Origin: Rotaria socialis
Lineage: Eukaryota
DNA length: 59,990 nt
Assembly (NCBI GenBank): GCA_905331295.1
Contig: CAJNYD010000107.1
Coordinates: 1 to 59,990, forward strand
Reading direction: 5' to 3'
Part shown: in pieces, positions 27,422-41,167 of the stretch
How positions within the stretch are numbered: the stretch's first letter is position 1
Layout of the letters: the number at the start of each line of letters is the position of its first letter
Notes under the pieces: generated by a model
Database searches by the model: none
Told to the model about the DNA's origin: nothing
What the model saw: the letters and a program-made list of their open reading frames with translations, nothing else
Translations under genes and position numbers: made by a program

Positions 27422-30400
27422 ATGCTACGCTATTTCTGTCTTAATATTTTCTTCCTTTTAACCATCGTATCATTGATCAATGCTTCTCCTACATCGGATG
27501 AATCAACTCTTGAAGAAAGAAAGTGTCGGAACTACTGTGCGACTAATGGCATCTGTACGTTGACTGAAAGTGGTCCCATGTGCTATTGTTTACCTGGATG
27601 GAAGGGAACACGTTGCAGTGATGTTGGAAAGTCCGTTCCAAATCAAGAAATCTATTCTGAAGAGAGGTCACTAAATTCACGGGCCCTTGTAGCTTGTCCA
27701 ACAGCAGTGGGAAATCCATGTGAAAATGGCGGAACTTGCCTCGTATCCAACGGCAATGAGTTGGTGTGTGGATGCCCGGAAGATTATACAGGCGATTTAT
27801 GTGAAATACAGTCACGTATGTTGTTACGACCTTGAATCAGTGAATTTGTTTTCAGTCCAATAGCTCGAAATCTCTTCATAGACAGGCTGCGAAAGGAAAG
27901 CAATTTGGGTCAGGAATAGGGGGTGCCAATTTACAGTTTATTTAACTTAAATTTAAATTCGAGAAAATTTAACCCTTTGGGGACGGAATTATTTTTCAAT
28001 TGAAAAATGACTCTTTCGTCAATTTATTGTATGTGGATCGAAATGATTACATAAAAGCCTTATGACAATACATCAAGATAAGAAAGAAAGTGATCATGGC
28101 GTCCGTATATAGAGTAGAAAGAAAAGAGAAGATCTGATAAGCATCTATATGACAAGAAGAAAGAGAGGAAAAATATACATGCGATGGTAGCTGGAACGAC
28201 CTATCACTTTACAGATGATAACAGTGTTATGAGAAACAAGCATTTACCTTACTGGAAAATAGGTGGGAAAAGGGTTGTCCCACCGACTCCAAAGGGTTAA
28301 ATTTAATTTTTTTAGACTATAAATTTTAAATTTACTAAATTTTTTGGATGGATATTCATCATCGCTATGAGGAAAATACGTGACTTTAACAGTATAGCAA
28401 GTACTAAATGAGAAGAGAACCTACTATTTTAGGTCGATATCTGTCCATACCAGTCAAAATTTCTCTGTAGATTATGCAGGATCTGTGTTCTTTCTTCTTC
28501 AAAATACTGGAATACTCATAAAAATATATTTATCAGCACAATTCGTAGAAGAATGACTAGTTTGAGTTATAGTAAACAAAAAACATTAAAATTTGACTTC
28601 AAATAATAGCAATCAAATCGAAAACCGTGTATATCTACTAATTTTCAAAATTTAACTACGTAGAATTTCAAACAAGTTAATTCAAATTTATTTAAATTTA
28701 TTTTATGATTTAATAATTTTTTTTAAATTTAAATTTCACACCCCTAGTCAGGAACTTCTCTTTTAACATTTGTAGCGTGAACATTTCCGATTTTAAATTC
28801 GTAGTTTTAATATGATAGCTATAGCTAGTTTTGAAACTATATATGATTTTAAACTTTCTCCATACATCTCAGACGGAGTCTCGCATCACCTTACAAAATC
28901 ACAAAAATGCCTTAACAAAGTTATCACATGCTTGACAGAGCACATAGAATAAAAAGCTGTTAGCACAATCCCTTTTGGATTAAAATGTGAAATAAAATAA
29001 AACTGCTTTTTAGAGAGCGTTGGCCACGGATTGGATGGAGGAATGTACTACTATTACCCTATCTACTTCAGCACTTCTTTTATGCATCATATTTTGAAAA
29101 ACATTTTTTTGTAGTAAATGATCTCCCTTAGAAATTGTTATACCGTACAAAAATTAAGGCAAACCGTAAAGCACTATATAATAAAGAGGACCTCCGATCA
29201 TATTTCAAATGCATTACATGTCTGACTTCAACTTTTCTTTTCCATCGTGTATCAATGCAGCTTGCAAGATTGGTAAAGATAAAGCTGATTATTGCCTTAA
29301 CGGCGGCACTTGCAGTCCTGATGCTGATCCTAACAAATCACCGACATGTATGTGTGCGGCAGGGTTCTCCGGCTTCAATTGCCAGAATTCAGTACCTACT
29401 ACCACGAGTACAACTTCTCAAACAACCACCGAGTCAGTAGCGTGTAAGCTTTTCCCAAACTTCTGCGCAAATGGAGGAACTTGTGAACCCATTGGAACAA
29501 AACCGGCATGCCGATGTCCACCCACGCATAAAGGTCCCCAATGCAAAACGCCATTGGGTGCAACGCCATCACGTATGTTACACTGATAAGAAAATGCAAA
29601 TTCTTTGCGCGAAATTTTGAAAACATATCTATTCGATCAAATTCGAGTCATGAGAACAAGTAAAAATCTCGAAATAATAAGAAGACATCCAGAGCTAGAA
29701 CCTTCACCCACAGCCTCAAATCTTTACAATTTGTGGAAACCCTCAAAAGAACTTTTCGAAAATGTATTATTTCAAGTTTCTTTTAAATTTTATAAATTAC
29801 CGAGTAAAAACAAATCGGATTTTCAAGAATTTTACATCAGAAATTCACCAGATCGAAGCACACATCTGCACGCCACTAAGCAGAATGATTGATGTATTAG
29901 AGCTAATGTACGCGAAGTTGGTCAGTTCAGCAAGCATAAATATTAGAGAGTCAAAGAATTCGATTAACGAGCATATGATTATTTCATTTTAAAAAGTAAA
30001 TATCATGGACCAAATCATTCGTCTTTCAAATTTCTCTCTAAGTAAGCATTCATTTCGTAAATAAACAATCGATTTGTTGCCTGAAATTTTTTTCAATGAT
30101 TCCAATCAGAAAGAATTGCTTTATTTAGAAGGGCCACCTGTCGTGCCAGGACAATCAACTGCAGCGCCTGTACCAGGGCAATCAACTGCAGCGCCTGTAC
30201 CGGGGCAATCAACTGCAGCGCCTGTACCAGGGCAATCAACTGCAGCGCCTGTACCAGGACAATCAACTGCAGCGCCTGCAACAAGGCCAACAAATCTACC
30301 TCCAGGTATTTTCATTTTTATCTCTTATTGCATATATTCCTCCTTATTTTTCAGCAAGTTAAAAACAGAAGTAAATTTTTAAAAGTCACCGTTAACAATT

Positions 30401-33149
30401 CTATTTTAAATCACACTAAGTAATTTAAAAGTAACCTAAAAAGTTTTCTTTGGTTAAAAACAGGTTCTGCATGAGAAATATATTTATAGAAGGCATTTTT
30501 CCGATATAAATGAGTTTTCAAATTTACAGTAATAACCTCTCAAGTTAGAGAACATTTTTTATTTGGCTTCGGTTGTTGACTTCAACAATGAACCAATGCA
30601 TAATCGCCTAGTTCTACGATTACAACCACTGTAAACGATCAGAAACTGACGTTTATCGTAATGTAAATAGTTCTAGAATGCTAGGTGAACTACAATGACA
30701 AAAGAATACTTTTTTCTGCAAAATCTGTACTACTAATCCTAGCAACCATGTTTTTTTTATAATCACTCAAGTAAAGCTGGCGCTTTTTAAGGATTGAAAC
30801 TGTCGAGAAACACATTCTACGCTTCAAAAGGCAATTTGTGAGGGGAGTTTTTATTAAGATTTATTTATTTCCATGAATATTATCATATTCAAAGACAAAA
30901 ATTGCGAAGTTCTTTTTAAAACAATCAATGTTGCATTCAGTCACGTACAAACTAACAGGTGTACCCAGATCGAATAAACACGTTCGTTTACGATTCCTGT
31001 ACATTGCGCCCGTATACAATCTCCGTTTTGCTCCGTATTTGACCGTATATGGTTGTATTTCTCTGTGTACGACACGACGATATACGATCTTAATACTGAA
31101 CCATGTATTACGGTCAAATAAAATCGTATACGACCCTTGACGATCGTATATGGACTCCTTAAACCTCTACCTGAGTATGGATGAAGAAAACTGCATAATG
31201 AACTTTTAGGGGAAAATCTCTACTTTTCCAGGTTTAAAACGTCCCTACCTGGTGTTACAATCAGTAGAACGTGTTAAATGACTGCGTGAGAAAGGAGTGA
31301 GTCACCTGTGTGCTCTGGTTGTCTTGAATGCTCAAACACGTAAACTATGTATGGTGGAGTTTTTATTGTAGAAAAAATTTTAAGACTAAGGTTTTCTAAA
31401 TTGTGTTTCTCAAAAATAAATCTGAGAGTTAGTGTTTGAATAACGCAACTGACGAAGGATGCTACCATGAACAATATTTCCCATGTATAAATTGCGATCA
31501 CTTACTATGACTTTCAAGAAGTGGACAAAAGGCGACTAGAGATTCTTACCATTAAAGATATCTCTTACGTGAGCTTCCTAAGCAATTCGACTGCTCAAAA
31601 AAAAATATATAATAGTTTGCATGTGTACTTGATAGCTTGAAAAGCTTCTATTTTAATTTACTTGGGCCTCAGTCAGAGTAAAAATAAACTGAAGTGTATA
31701 ATGATGTTAACCTTTAAAGAGTGAACATCCTCAATGATGTAGTATGTATGCACTAATACCATGAGAAAGAAGCATAGGTACTAAACGATTGCTAGTAAAA
31801 TGTTTCTTCGATGTTCGACTACCATTCCCTCAGTTACAGATAGATTTATCTAGATCAGGATTTCTGTCTAATCTGACACGCACCTGTATCATGTACTGCT
31901 AGGTAATATCAACTATTTCTATGAAAATTTTAAAAGCTTTTCTGTTTCAAATCTTCTTTTTCTGACTGAAATCACCTAAAAAATGAATCCTTACTAAAAT
32001 AGCTTAGCATATTTGATTTGATCTAATCTCGATCATGGATATCAGATATTCGATATCATGTTTAGTTGAATCTGCGAAAAAACGTACACAGTTGATTTTC
32101 ATGGAAGCCAAATAAAGCAATTGTCTGTAAGTGACTTTTACTATGAGAGCAAACGAGCGTGACACATCTTATGCCATCACACAATTTTTTGCATTTTACT
32201 CAAATCTTCTACTTTGTTCTATTGTAATCATCAAAGTGTCACCATAGCTGAAATTAACCACAGAATTTGCAAGAGAAAAATATCATCAATGCTCCTTAGC
32301 ATGACTTTTTACTAGATTCTTGCAGTTTAGACTTATCTAATGAATGGACTAGTTGAGAAATAAATCATTTTCGACTAGGCAGACTGCAAAATATGATTAA
32401 ATTTGCAATATGAAGTAACTTTTCTCTATCTTATAAAGGACTTCTACAGAGCAAGAAAGGATTGTTTTGAAACAATTGTACCGCATATTGTCCCTACACT
32501 GAGTATCTATGTACAACAAACACTTTGTGCAACTGTTCTACTTTTCCGCTAGCCATTCAGAAAAAATTTCTATTTTGATGGTTTATGGTTTTTTGTAAAT
32601 AGCCACCGTACACAACTACTGTTTTCCATTGTAATGAACTAATATGCGCACATACGTATATCTCTCAACATAATTTATTTGTGCGAATTAATTAGATTCA
32701 ATTCAAAAATATGTTTTCTTTAAAAAAGATTTTAATTATAGCAATAATCTGTTTTCTCGACGTCATAAGATGAGACTTCACATATGGATCATCATTTTTC
32801 TTATGATTAGAATAATACTCACCTCGGTTTATAGTCATATTTGATTTCATAGAATAATTATTCATGAGTATTTTCTAGAACAAAGTGAAGATATCCGTTT
32901 AATAATTTATTCTCATGTTCACTAAAAACTATTAGAAAACTGATGAAAGACTTTATACATGCAATTTTTAATTGAAAAAGTATTTTAATGTAGAAATAAA
33001 ATAATTCAATTTTGATTTTAGCTGGCGTAAGATGTGATCAGAATCCATGTAGAAATAATCGTCCATGCTACAACAATGGAGATTCGTATTTTTGCTCTTG
33101 TGGTTCACAATATCGTGGTATAAACTGTGAAGAATTCATTAGTGGGTAA
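27422..33149 (+). CDS. Secreted EGF-repeat protein (5 EGF-like domains plus Thr/Pro-rich tandem linker), 4 exons
   Basis: Signal peptide MLRYFCLNIFFLLTIVSLINA. Exons ~27422-27815, 29261-29571, 30129-30305, 33022-33149, all joined by phase-1 introns. Six-Cys EGF patterns such as CENGGTC...CGCPEDYTGDLCE and CDQNPCRNNRPC...CSCGSQYRGINCE. The 3' end may splice further. Confidence 0.88.
27917..28746. mobile_element. hAT-type MITE with perfect 8-bp target-site duplication
   Basis: TSD gtcaggaa at 27909-27916 and 28747-28754; termini tagggggtgccaattt / aaatttcacaccccta. Confidence 0.85.
27973..28296. mobile_element. piggyBac-type MITE nested in the hAT MITE
   Basis: TTAA at 27969-27972 and 28297-28300; TIRs ccctttggggacgg / ccgactccaaaggg (12/14 match). 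Confidence 0.85.
30137..30278 (+). repeat. Coding 27-bp tandem repeat x5 (PVPGQSTAA)
   Basis: cctgtaccagggcaatcaactgcagcg repeated within exon 3 of the EGF gene. Confidence 0.95.
30961..31177. mobile_element. Degenerate MITE (CCCAGGTCGA-type TIRs)
   Basis: tacccagatcga ... tctacctgagta imperfect inverted ends; internal cgtat/tacg-rich motifs. Confidence 0.5.
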
Positions 33150-33510
33150 CATGCATGTTGTACGAGCATAATGTGGCAAAAATGTTTTTTTAAACAAAGT
33201 TTTGTCATTTTTCCAAGGTTTCAATAAATTATATTCAAGAATAAAGCTCCTCAAATTTTCATGAGGATGTGGATGCATCGAGAAAATCGCCATCTGAATT
33301 TCATCTTGATCAAGCGAGTCATTAGGCAGCTTTAGTAATAAATATGTTAAACATAATGTATAGATCGTATAAAAACTATCTATCATAAAATTCATCGCCA
33401 ACAACAAAAGATAGCAGACCATTTAAAACTTCCTCGGACGATCTAATAAGTTGATTACAGTTTCAGACTGATCAAAGCGATTATTGTGGTATGAATAAAC
33501 TGATAACTAA

Positions 33511-33564
33511 GAGTGTGGGTGTGCGAGTGTTAACTTGAAAAAGTCGTATACACCCACACCCTCA
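33511..33564. repeat. Telomere-repeat-armed hairpin, copy 6
   Basis: gagTGTGGGTGTg ... tACACCCACACCCTCA. Confidence 0.75.
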
Positions 33565-33760
33565 CGATGATGATTTTACGATTAGTATTGATGAGTGTTT
33601 AATATTGTCTTCTCCTCCTCCTTCTATCAATTCGATGTATTAAACATGTATTTAATATGAAAGTTGAATCTAAGTCAAATCTAGAAATATCAATAAAATC
33701 ACATGGAAATAGGTTTGAAAGGATAAGATAAATATATTGTCATTAATTTTTCATATTTAT

Positions 33761-33807
33761 TGAGGGTGCGGATGAAGAGGAAGGATAGACTCACACTCAT
33801 ATCCTCA
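33761..33807. repeat. Telomere-repeat-armed hairpin, copy 7 (degenerate)
   Basis: TGAGGGTGcggatga ... tcacactcatatCCTCA. Confidence 0.55.
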
Positions 33808-33928
33808 GTTTTAAAACGTGAACGAAAGACTTAATATAAGCACGCTGGCAAAGAACATATGTTCAGAATAACAGTGAGGAATTTCGAAGAGTAAAATATG
33901 AATGGCGAAATTCCAGTTCAATCTGCTC

Positions 33929-35800
33929 TTATGCCACATAATTGTATATTGCCCTAGGAACACAAAGAAAAACAAGAAAATTAAAACAAATCATTGATTT
34001 TGACAACATAGGTATCGTCTTTAGATCGTGATAAAAAGTCAGATTCGATCAAATGCTCAATACGGCTCTTGGTTGCTCGCAGACAAACTTTAAGCGTACT
34101 TTTAGTTGATTTATGACCTGCGAACTAGAAAAGCAACGATAAAGATGGCAAGAGAAATTCTATTCAGATGCACAAGTGAAACTCACTTCAGCAATCAGTT
34201 CAAGATGCCTCACTGTATTGCTCGTCTTCATAATTCGTATGATCGCTGCATCAATTTCATGTGCATGGTCACTTTCGACTATTTTTCGAATCTGTTTCTT
34301 TTTCAAGCTATTTTCAGATTTTTCCAAATTTGCTGTATGAGATTTTGATGCAAACGAATCGTTAACATGGAAGTTGCTCAATTGAATATTACTGTTTTCA
34401 GGCTCTTTAAAAAGAATTCTTGGCGTCATATTGCCCATAGCTAATGGTAGTAAAGCACATTCAAGATATTTCTCAACAATGACCGTCTGTTCATGAATTT
34501 CCTGTAATAAATAATGAAATTAAAATCCTTCTAAGGTTAATTTATGCTGTTCTCCATTAAATGAAGTTTTGGGTGTGGATGTGAACAATGAGAATATCCA
34601 CAGCCACATCCTCAAGGTAACAGACCTAGGCCAAATTAAATAAAAACAAATTTAAAAGAAAAAAAACGATTCTTGCTAATTCTGAAGGAGTTTGTTCTCT
34701 GATATGAAAGCGATAAATCGAACACGTTTAACATCAATTGGTAAGTTTTAGAGAAAAATGTTTATAGGCATTATTGCTCCTATGATATAATACGACACGT
34801 ATAAAAAATTTTTTTTATCACAGTGAGATAACTATAAGCATTGATAATGGGTATAGAACAGTTGAAGATTGCTCGACTATGTTTTTATTTAAAATAGTAC
34901 CAATAAAAATCTAAACGGAGTTCACAAATCCATGTAAAACAGTAATTCTGCGGAAAAAATGGTAGAAAAGTAAAAGGGTTGAGCTTACCCTACGGTATCT
35001 TTTATAGCAGAAAATATTGTCTTTAAGTTCTACTAGATTCCATTAGACAAGGCTTTTCACAAATTAAGTGAGATTCGTTGTCATTCTCTAGTATTGACTA
35101 ACCTGAAATGGCCACTCTTCTTTTGTATTAAATAGCATTAAAATAATTATTTTGTTGGGTTGAAACTTGTAGCGTATGGTGTCGTTCTTTGTTCATTTGT
35201 ACTGTTGTCGATGATGATCTCTTACCATCAGTATCATTATTCTTCGATTCCTCATTGAATCGTACAACCGAATCCGCTATACCCAAGATCGACTGTAATA
35301 TTAAGCGGTGGCCACTTTGCATCTTTAAATAGAAACTTTGAAAGCATTGATAAGCGTCATGCACCAGCTGTGGCAAACTACACTGATGAGTCGTACTTTG
35401 GAGAGGTCAATGGCCTGTCATTAAAACTCGCACAGAAAGATCAATGCTAGACCATTGAAATGAATTCTGTGCAACATAATGTCGAAAGTCATCCACTAGT
35501 GTGCTTGGTATCAATATATCTTTGAACATGCCTTCTAATTGACAAGAAAATTGAGATCCACATTTCGTTTTCAATCGTGATACCATGCTGCGTTCCAAAG
35601 TATCCGCTATCAGCTTATTCCCTAGAAGACGATGAGTTAAGTGGTATTGGCAGCGTTGTGTAAAAATATCTTTGTCTTGCAAATAGTCCAATAGCATTAT
35701 CGCTTTATCAAAAGTAATCTCAACTTCTTGATTGTCAAGATCATTACTATTGTGCCTCAATTTATCATGATAAATAAATAAAGATACTCTGAAGTAATTT
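33929..35800 (-). pseudogene. CUL3: Cullin-3-like pseudogene (C-terminal half, intron-containing)
   Basis: Motifs YLQDKDIF, RLKTKCGSQFSCQLEGMFKDI, DLSVRVLMTGH*P (Trp to TGA at 35407-35409), HTLQVSTQQ then a frameshift before the IILMLFN strand, HEIDAAIIRIMK, C-terminus AIYNYVA*. No N-terminal cullin repeats seen. Confidence 0.88.
34571..34614. repeat. Telomere-repeat-armed hairpin, copy 8 (in cullin intron)
   Basis: GGGTGTGGatgtg ... ccacagCCACATCCTCA. Confidence 0.65.
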
Positions 35801-35965
35801 ATTTTGATTCAAATTGATGAAAGCGATAAGGTCAACATGCAATCGTCATGTGAATTTGTACGGCAGGCATAAAATGATCATATTAGTGAAAAAAATCAAA
35901 TATAATCAACACTAACTTCTTCTTCGTTGGAAGCTGTTTTGAGAAAAACGTAAAAAATATCGTTC

Positions 35966-36117
35966 AACCAGATCGGTACTTTACGACTGGATTTTTACTG
36001 TGATTTTGCCGCATGCGTGCCGTAAGTATATTTTATACGACAGAAATACGGTCGTAAAACACAGATCTGAATTACGGGCCGTGTTTAACGCTTCCCGGCC
36101 GTATTGTTCGACCAGGA
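35966..36117. mobile_element. Degenerate MITE (CCCAGGTCGA-type), close to the cullin 5' truncation
   Basis: aaccagatcgg ... gttcgaccagg ends; internal aatacggtcgta and tacgggccgt motifs. Confidence 0.4.
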
Positions 36118-36950
36118 TTATAAATCACACTTCCGAGAGGATCAATACAGATTGAACGCAAATAAGTAAATATTAAAAATGCGCAGAGCATATTCAACTG
36201 AAATTCATCAAAGACAACTAACATGGGACGAAACTACAACATGGTAAAATGAAAAGTATACTGAAATAGAGACAACTATAGCGTCCGTACTGCATATTGT
36301 TCGATGTCAATAATTTGTTGCAATTCTATTTAAACGTTTCGATTTTATTTGAATAGTTTTCATTGAGATGTAGTGATAGAACCGAATATACCTGATAATG
36401 AGTGAATCTAAGACCCGTTCGAAATGTATTATACGATGGCTTGGTGTCTAATCATATATATATCGTCGAAACACACTCTCACCCGAAAATGTTTACTTCT
36501 TTCGAATTCTATAGAGTTCATATTTTTTTCAAATATTTGATCTATGGGGAAATTTAGATTCTAAAGATGCCTGATGAAGACTACTGGAGCAAAAGCCGAA
36601 CCGCGTCACATTCTGCTTTGAATCTATGAATTTAATTTGAGACTTTTAACACACTTACACTCACACACCCTCACCTTCTCCTGAATCGTCCCTCGCTCTC
36701 ATCCATACCGTCTGTTGATTCAAGAAATTGTAACCGTTTCTTTCGCTTTCTTTTCTTGGAACAAGCTTGCTCGCAGAAAACAACAAGAAAGGTACTTATG
36801 ATATGGTTGCCTGGACATTTTCTTTATTTTCTTCTCTTCTCTTCTCTTAACTAAAAGAAAAAGAATGTTGCTTTCTTGTCACTAAAATATTCTCCAAATC
36901 AAATAAATAAAGCAAGAAAGACGTAGTGTGTGTGTTGATTTCATTTCATT

Positions 36951-39900
36951 ATGGCCGATCGATCTCAAACGAAGTACGTTCTATACGAAAGAAGAAATTT
37001 TGATTCGAATTGAAAAAATCTCTTTCAGACCGTTGAAAAATAGATCAGATCCTTATCTTCCGACGTTGTTCAACACTCCCTATGCACAATCTTATTTGCA
37101 ACTTGCCGCTTGGGTAAAAGCATGATCTGTTCTTCATGAAGATACAGATTCTCATCATCTTCAGAAAATCAATGTTACGATTGATTTCTATCTAGACTAA
37201 TCCTCTGGTTCCACCGACAGGTGAACTTCAACAGAGAGCACGGACAGTGACGAAACACGATATGTCTTCAAGGTTGATTTTCTTTCAGAAATGTTTTTTT
37301 TTATCTCTTGATTGAAAACTTTAGACTGATCAGTCTTGATCAAAATTACTCACGTAATCACAGTCAGCCATTGAGAAATACCTCAGCACGTTCTCTCATT
37401 CAAAATTATGAGGTAAATGAAATACAGCATAACAATGTCTTTTGATCGTATTTGATGAAGATTGTTAAGCGACGCTACATGGCACAAGCACATGGTAGGA
37501 TTCGAATTCATGAACAAAGTGCTACGAATATTTTGCCGGTATAATATCGAAATGTCTTCAACTGACTCATAATCGAAGATCGATTTTTAGAGAGTACAAA
37601 TTAATCGTGAACGACCAGCACGTGTTACTTCGGCATATCAGAAACCTTCGAAAATGAATCAAAATCTATCGGATTCTGATGAACAAGACACTCGAATTGA
37701 AAGCGTAAGATTTTGGAATCGCTACTCATAGTTATGAGTATATTTTAATTCTAGTCGAATCAGTCAAATGTATCTATTGAAGAACGTCTGGCCTGTGAGA
37801 TAACAGTGTCTTACGCGTCGACAACGACAGTCCCTGCAGAAATATCCAGTCGCGAAGAAATTATTGTGATGCAACGGCATAGCACTGGTGAAACTTCGTT
37901 GGTGTATCGAGGATATTTAACCAAAGGCGGTAATCACATAGATGTTAAGCAGTAAGATAAATCGCAAAAACCATCATCTTCTCTAGAAACATTTTCATTC
38001 AAATCCCAACGCCGGCCGACATCCGGTCTGTCGTTAGCTTTCTATGTGCAAGGATTGATCGATAGTGTAACAAGCGAATGTTGTGAATTCAAATGTGTTC
38101 AAAGGAATTCAAATGACAATGATCAGAAACAGTTTCTTTTCAAAGACATTCAAAAAGCGAATCCATGTGAAAGGTACATTAGTTGATTTGTATGTGCTCA
38201 AAAGAAATTTTAGTATTTGTTTCAGATGCCGAAAAGATTATGCTGATCAACTACTGATGAATAGTAATAAAAATACTTTAGTAGTTCATGTGAGTTGCCA
38301 TTCTATATCGAATATATTCAGCAGATCACATTTTATTATTCTAGAGAAACAAGAAATCCTCTAAAAATCATCATGAATCCAACAACATTGGGAAGCCATC
38401 ATCGACAGGTAAACCTAAACCTAATGTGATTGGTTGTAGCTAAACCAATGTTTTGTCTACTTGATTTGATAGATGCTCATATCGAAGGCAGCAAACATGC
38501 ACAGAAGAAGAAAGTAAATGAATCGTGATTTCATAAGAATCATGCTAATATTTCTTCCTCAATGCACAGACTTCGAAGTACAAAAGCCCAAAAGCGGCTG
38601 ACACGTCTAACGTCCATTATGCAGGTTTTTCGAAATAATCAGAAATCATTCTGGAAAACTTCTCATAGTTATATAAATATTTAGAGACAATGGTAACAGC
38701 TAATCCTAATCTCCTGGAGCCAGATAAATCAGCAGAAAGTACAACAATCCAATCGAGTTTAATCGATACGAAAGAAACCGTGGTTGTTCCAACCATTCAA
38801 GCAACAGGTAGGAATAATAAATTCTTGAACGTAAAGTTCTATAAAACATGTTTTTTAGATCAAACATTGACAGAAAAGTGTGAAGATAACCCACAAGTTC
38901 CAAATGAAACCGAGACAGCCACTACTGCCAGTGACGGAATCGATCTTGGGCAACTTATGCAAAAGCTCACAGCTTATTTCAAGCAAAGTATGCTGTATAT
39001 GAATCTTATTCTCAATAACCACTGTGTTATATGCTTATGATTTAGATATGAAAACATCGACTCAACAAACTCAATCATCGAGAATGCCACGTCATCCGAA
39101 GAGTGTGGAGAATTTCTGCTATATTATGGAAAATCATGTTCCGATTTCAAATGAAGAACAGCAAACGTTGCGTGGTCTAATTAATTTCGGTTTTATTTTT
39201 GATGACATTAATTCGAAGAAATCCATTGAGTTTCTTAAGAAAATTCTGAAAGAAAGACTTATTTTAATACTCTCGAAAACCAGTATGGAAAATTTATCGA
39301 AACCTATCCAAGATGAACCTCTACTTTCTGCGATTTATGTCATTGATTCATCGGAGGAAAATTCATTTGATTCGAAATTTTATCGAGGATCTTTCTCCAA
39401 TATTACCAGCTTGTGTAAAAAACTAGAAAACGATCTTCAATTATTGACTTATGACTTAACAAGCATCAGCTCGATCCCTGCAGATTATGCTGGAATGAGT
39501 ACGCTGAATTATGTTCAAGCATTAATAGATATTCTCTTAGAAACCAATGAGAAGAGAAACCTGAAAAAAGAAATGATTGATTTCTGCCGTGAAGAATATG
39601 CTGATAATATTATTCAGTTAAAATTGATCGAAGAATTTGAAAATGATTTTAAACCAGATGATGCCATTCATTGGTATTTACGACACGACGCCTTTTTATA
39701 CAAAATGATGACACGAGCATTTCGCGTCTTGGATCCGGATATTTTATTTAAACTTCGATATTTTATTCAACATCTTTACTGCCAATTGAAATCGTCGATT
39801 GATACAAGTGCATTGACTGTCCATCGAACACTTCGAATTCGAAAAGATCTTCTCGATAAGATGAAAAGACATCAGGGCGGATTGTTATCATTTAATGAAT

Positions 39901-41027
39901 TTCTTTTGGCTAATAAAACCCAATCAGCAATCGAACCTTCTTCCACGAACATAGACTCGAAATTGGTTCGTTTTCAGATTGGTTTAGGAACCGGTGTTTC
40001 TCGACATGATGTTGCAACAAAACTCAATGAAGTTATTTTGACAGTTGGAACAATATTCCGTGTTGATAAAATTGAACCGATTGATGACGGAACATTTACT
40101 GTTGAATTAACGACCAATGATGAAATTCTTAAAAGTGGCCACCTTGTAACAAAAAGTTTACGTGATGCTGTGCATGCTTCTTTTCCATTAGTACGCATGG
40201 TGAAATTGATGAAGCAAAAAGAATTAACGGGTTATATGGAATATTTCTGTTCGATGTTGATCGACGATCCAGAAACTGTGAAAGACGACGCAACAAATTT
40301 GACTCTTGGAGGATTACTTCATTCTATGGGAAGTTATTATTATGAAAGAAAGCAATATCGAGAAGCGTTAAATCATCTACAAAATGCTTTAAAAGTTTAT
40401 TTACGTGTTTTACCGGATGACGATGTGAGATTAACACCAACTTATAACAATATTGGAAGTGTCTATAATAAACAAGGTTTGAATGAACAAGCATTAGAAT
40501 ATCATCGGAAGGCCTATGAAATTCAAAAGAACTCGCCCAATCCTGATATGGAATCAGTCGCTGCATATGTAGGTAACATTGGCTCGGTTCTTATAAAACT
40601 TGGTAGACACAAGGACGCCGCTACCTATCTTGAACTTGATTTAAAAATTAAACAAAGACTTCATCCGGATAATGATCATGCTGATGTAGCTGCAAAATAT
40701 CATAATCTTGCTGCGGCTCAGTTTCGGCTGCATCAATATTCAGAAGCATTAGAAAATTATCAGAAATGTCTTGATATTGAACTCAAATGTCATTCAGATG
40801 AAAATCCAACGGTTGCATTAACCTATTATAACATGGCAACAACATTGGAACAACTCGGACAATTGCAAGAAGCAAAGGAAGCGGTGCAAAAAGCCATTGC
40901 GCGTTTACTTTTAACTAAGCAGCCAGACGATGAAGACTTACAGATGCAAACCAAATATCTTGAACGTTTAGAAAAAAAAATCTGGATGAAAAGTTTATTT
41001 GCCACAACAGAAACCGACAAAAACTAG
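36951..41027 (+). CDS. DUF4590 (ERICH3-type) + receiver-like + degenerate ADP-ribosyltransferase-like + TPR protein, copy 1
   Basis: Small exons encode NRSDPYLPTLFNTP and CEITVSY...EEIIVMQRH..GETSLVYRGYLTKG/ETFSFKSQR...LSLAFYVQG...SECCEFK...NPCERC (DUF4590 pattern). Terminal exon (~39046-41027) has WYLRHDAFLYKMMTRAFR, VGTIFRVDKI and ~5 TPRs (TYNNIGSVY, KYHNLAAAQ, TYYNMATTL). Confidence 0.8.
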
Positions 41028-41167
41028 AAATAGTTATCAGAAATATTTTCCGTATCTGTGCGATTTTCATTCATCGATTCATTTTGATAAATATTTCATT
41101 GAGATTTTTTGAAGAATATTTACTCCTGATTTTAGATCAATTGCTTCGTTTTCGATTTCAATTGAGA

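Noticed and set aside
30137..30278. 27-bp direct repeats as a CRISPR array
   Set aside because: The units are contiguous with no spacers, in frame inside a eukaryotic exon, and no cas genes are present.
35407..35409. TGA at a conserved Trp in cullin as recoding or an alternative genetic code
   Set aside because: The same locus has frameshifts, and other genes in the window use TGG for Trp and TGA as a stop.
10166..35800. BTB + F-box + kelch + cullin-3 as a ubiquitin-ligase gene cluster
   Set aside because: The genes are scattered, the cullin is a pseudogene, the kelch appears secreted, and F-box proteins use CUL1. These families are abundant, so co-occurrence is likely chance.
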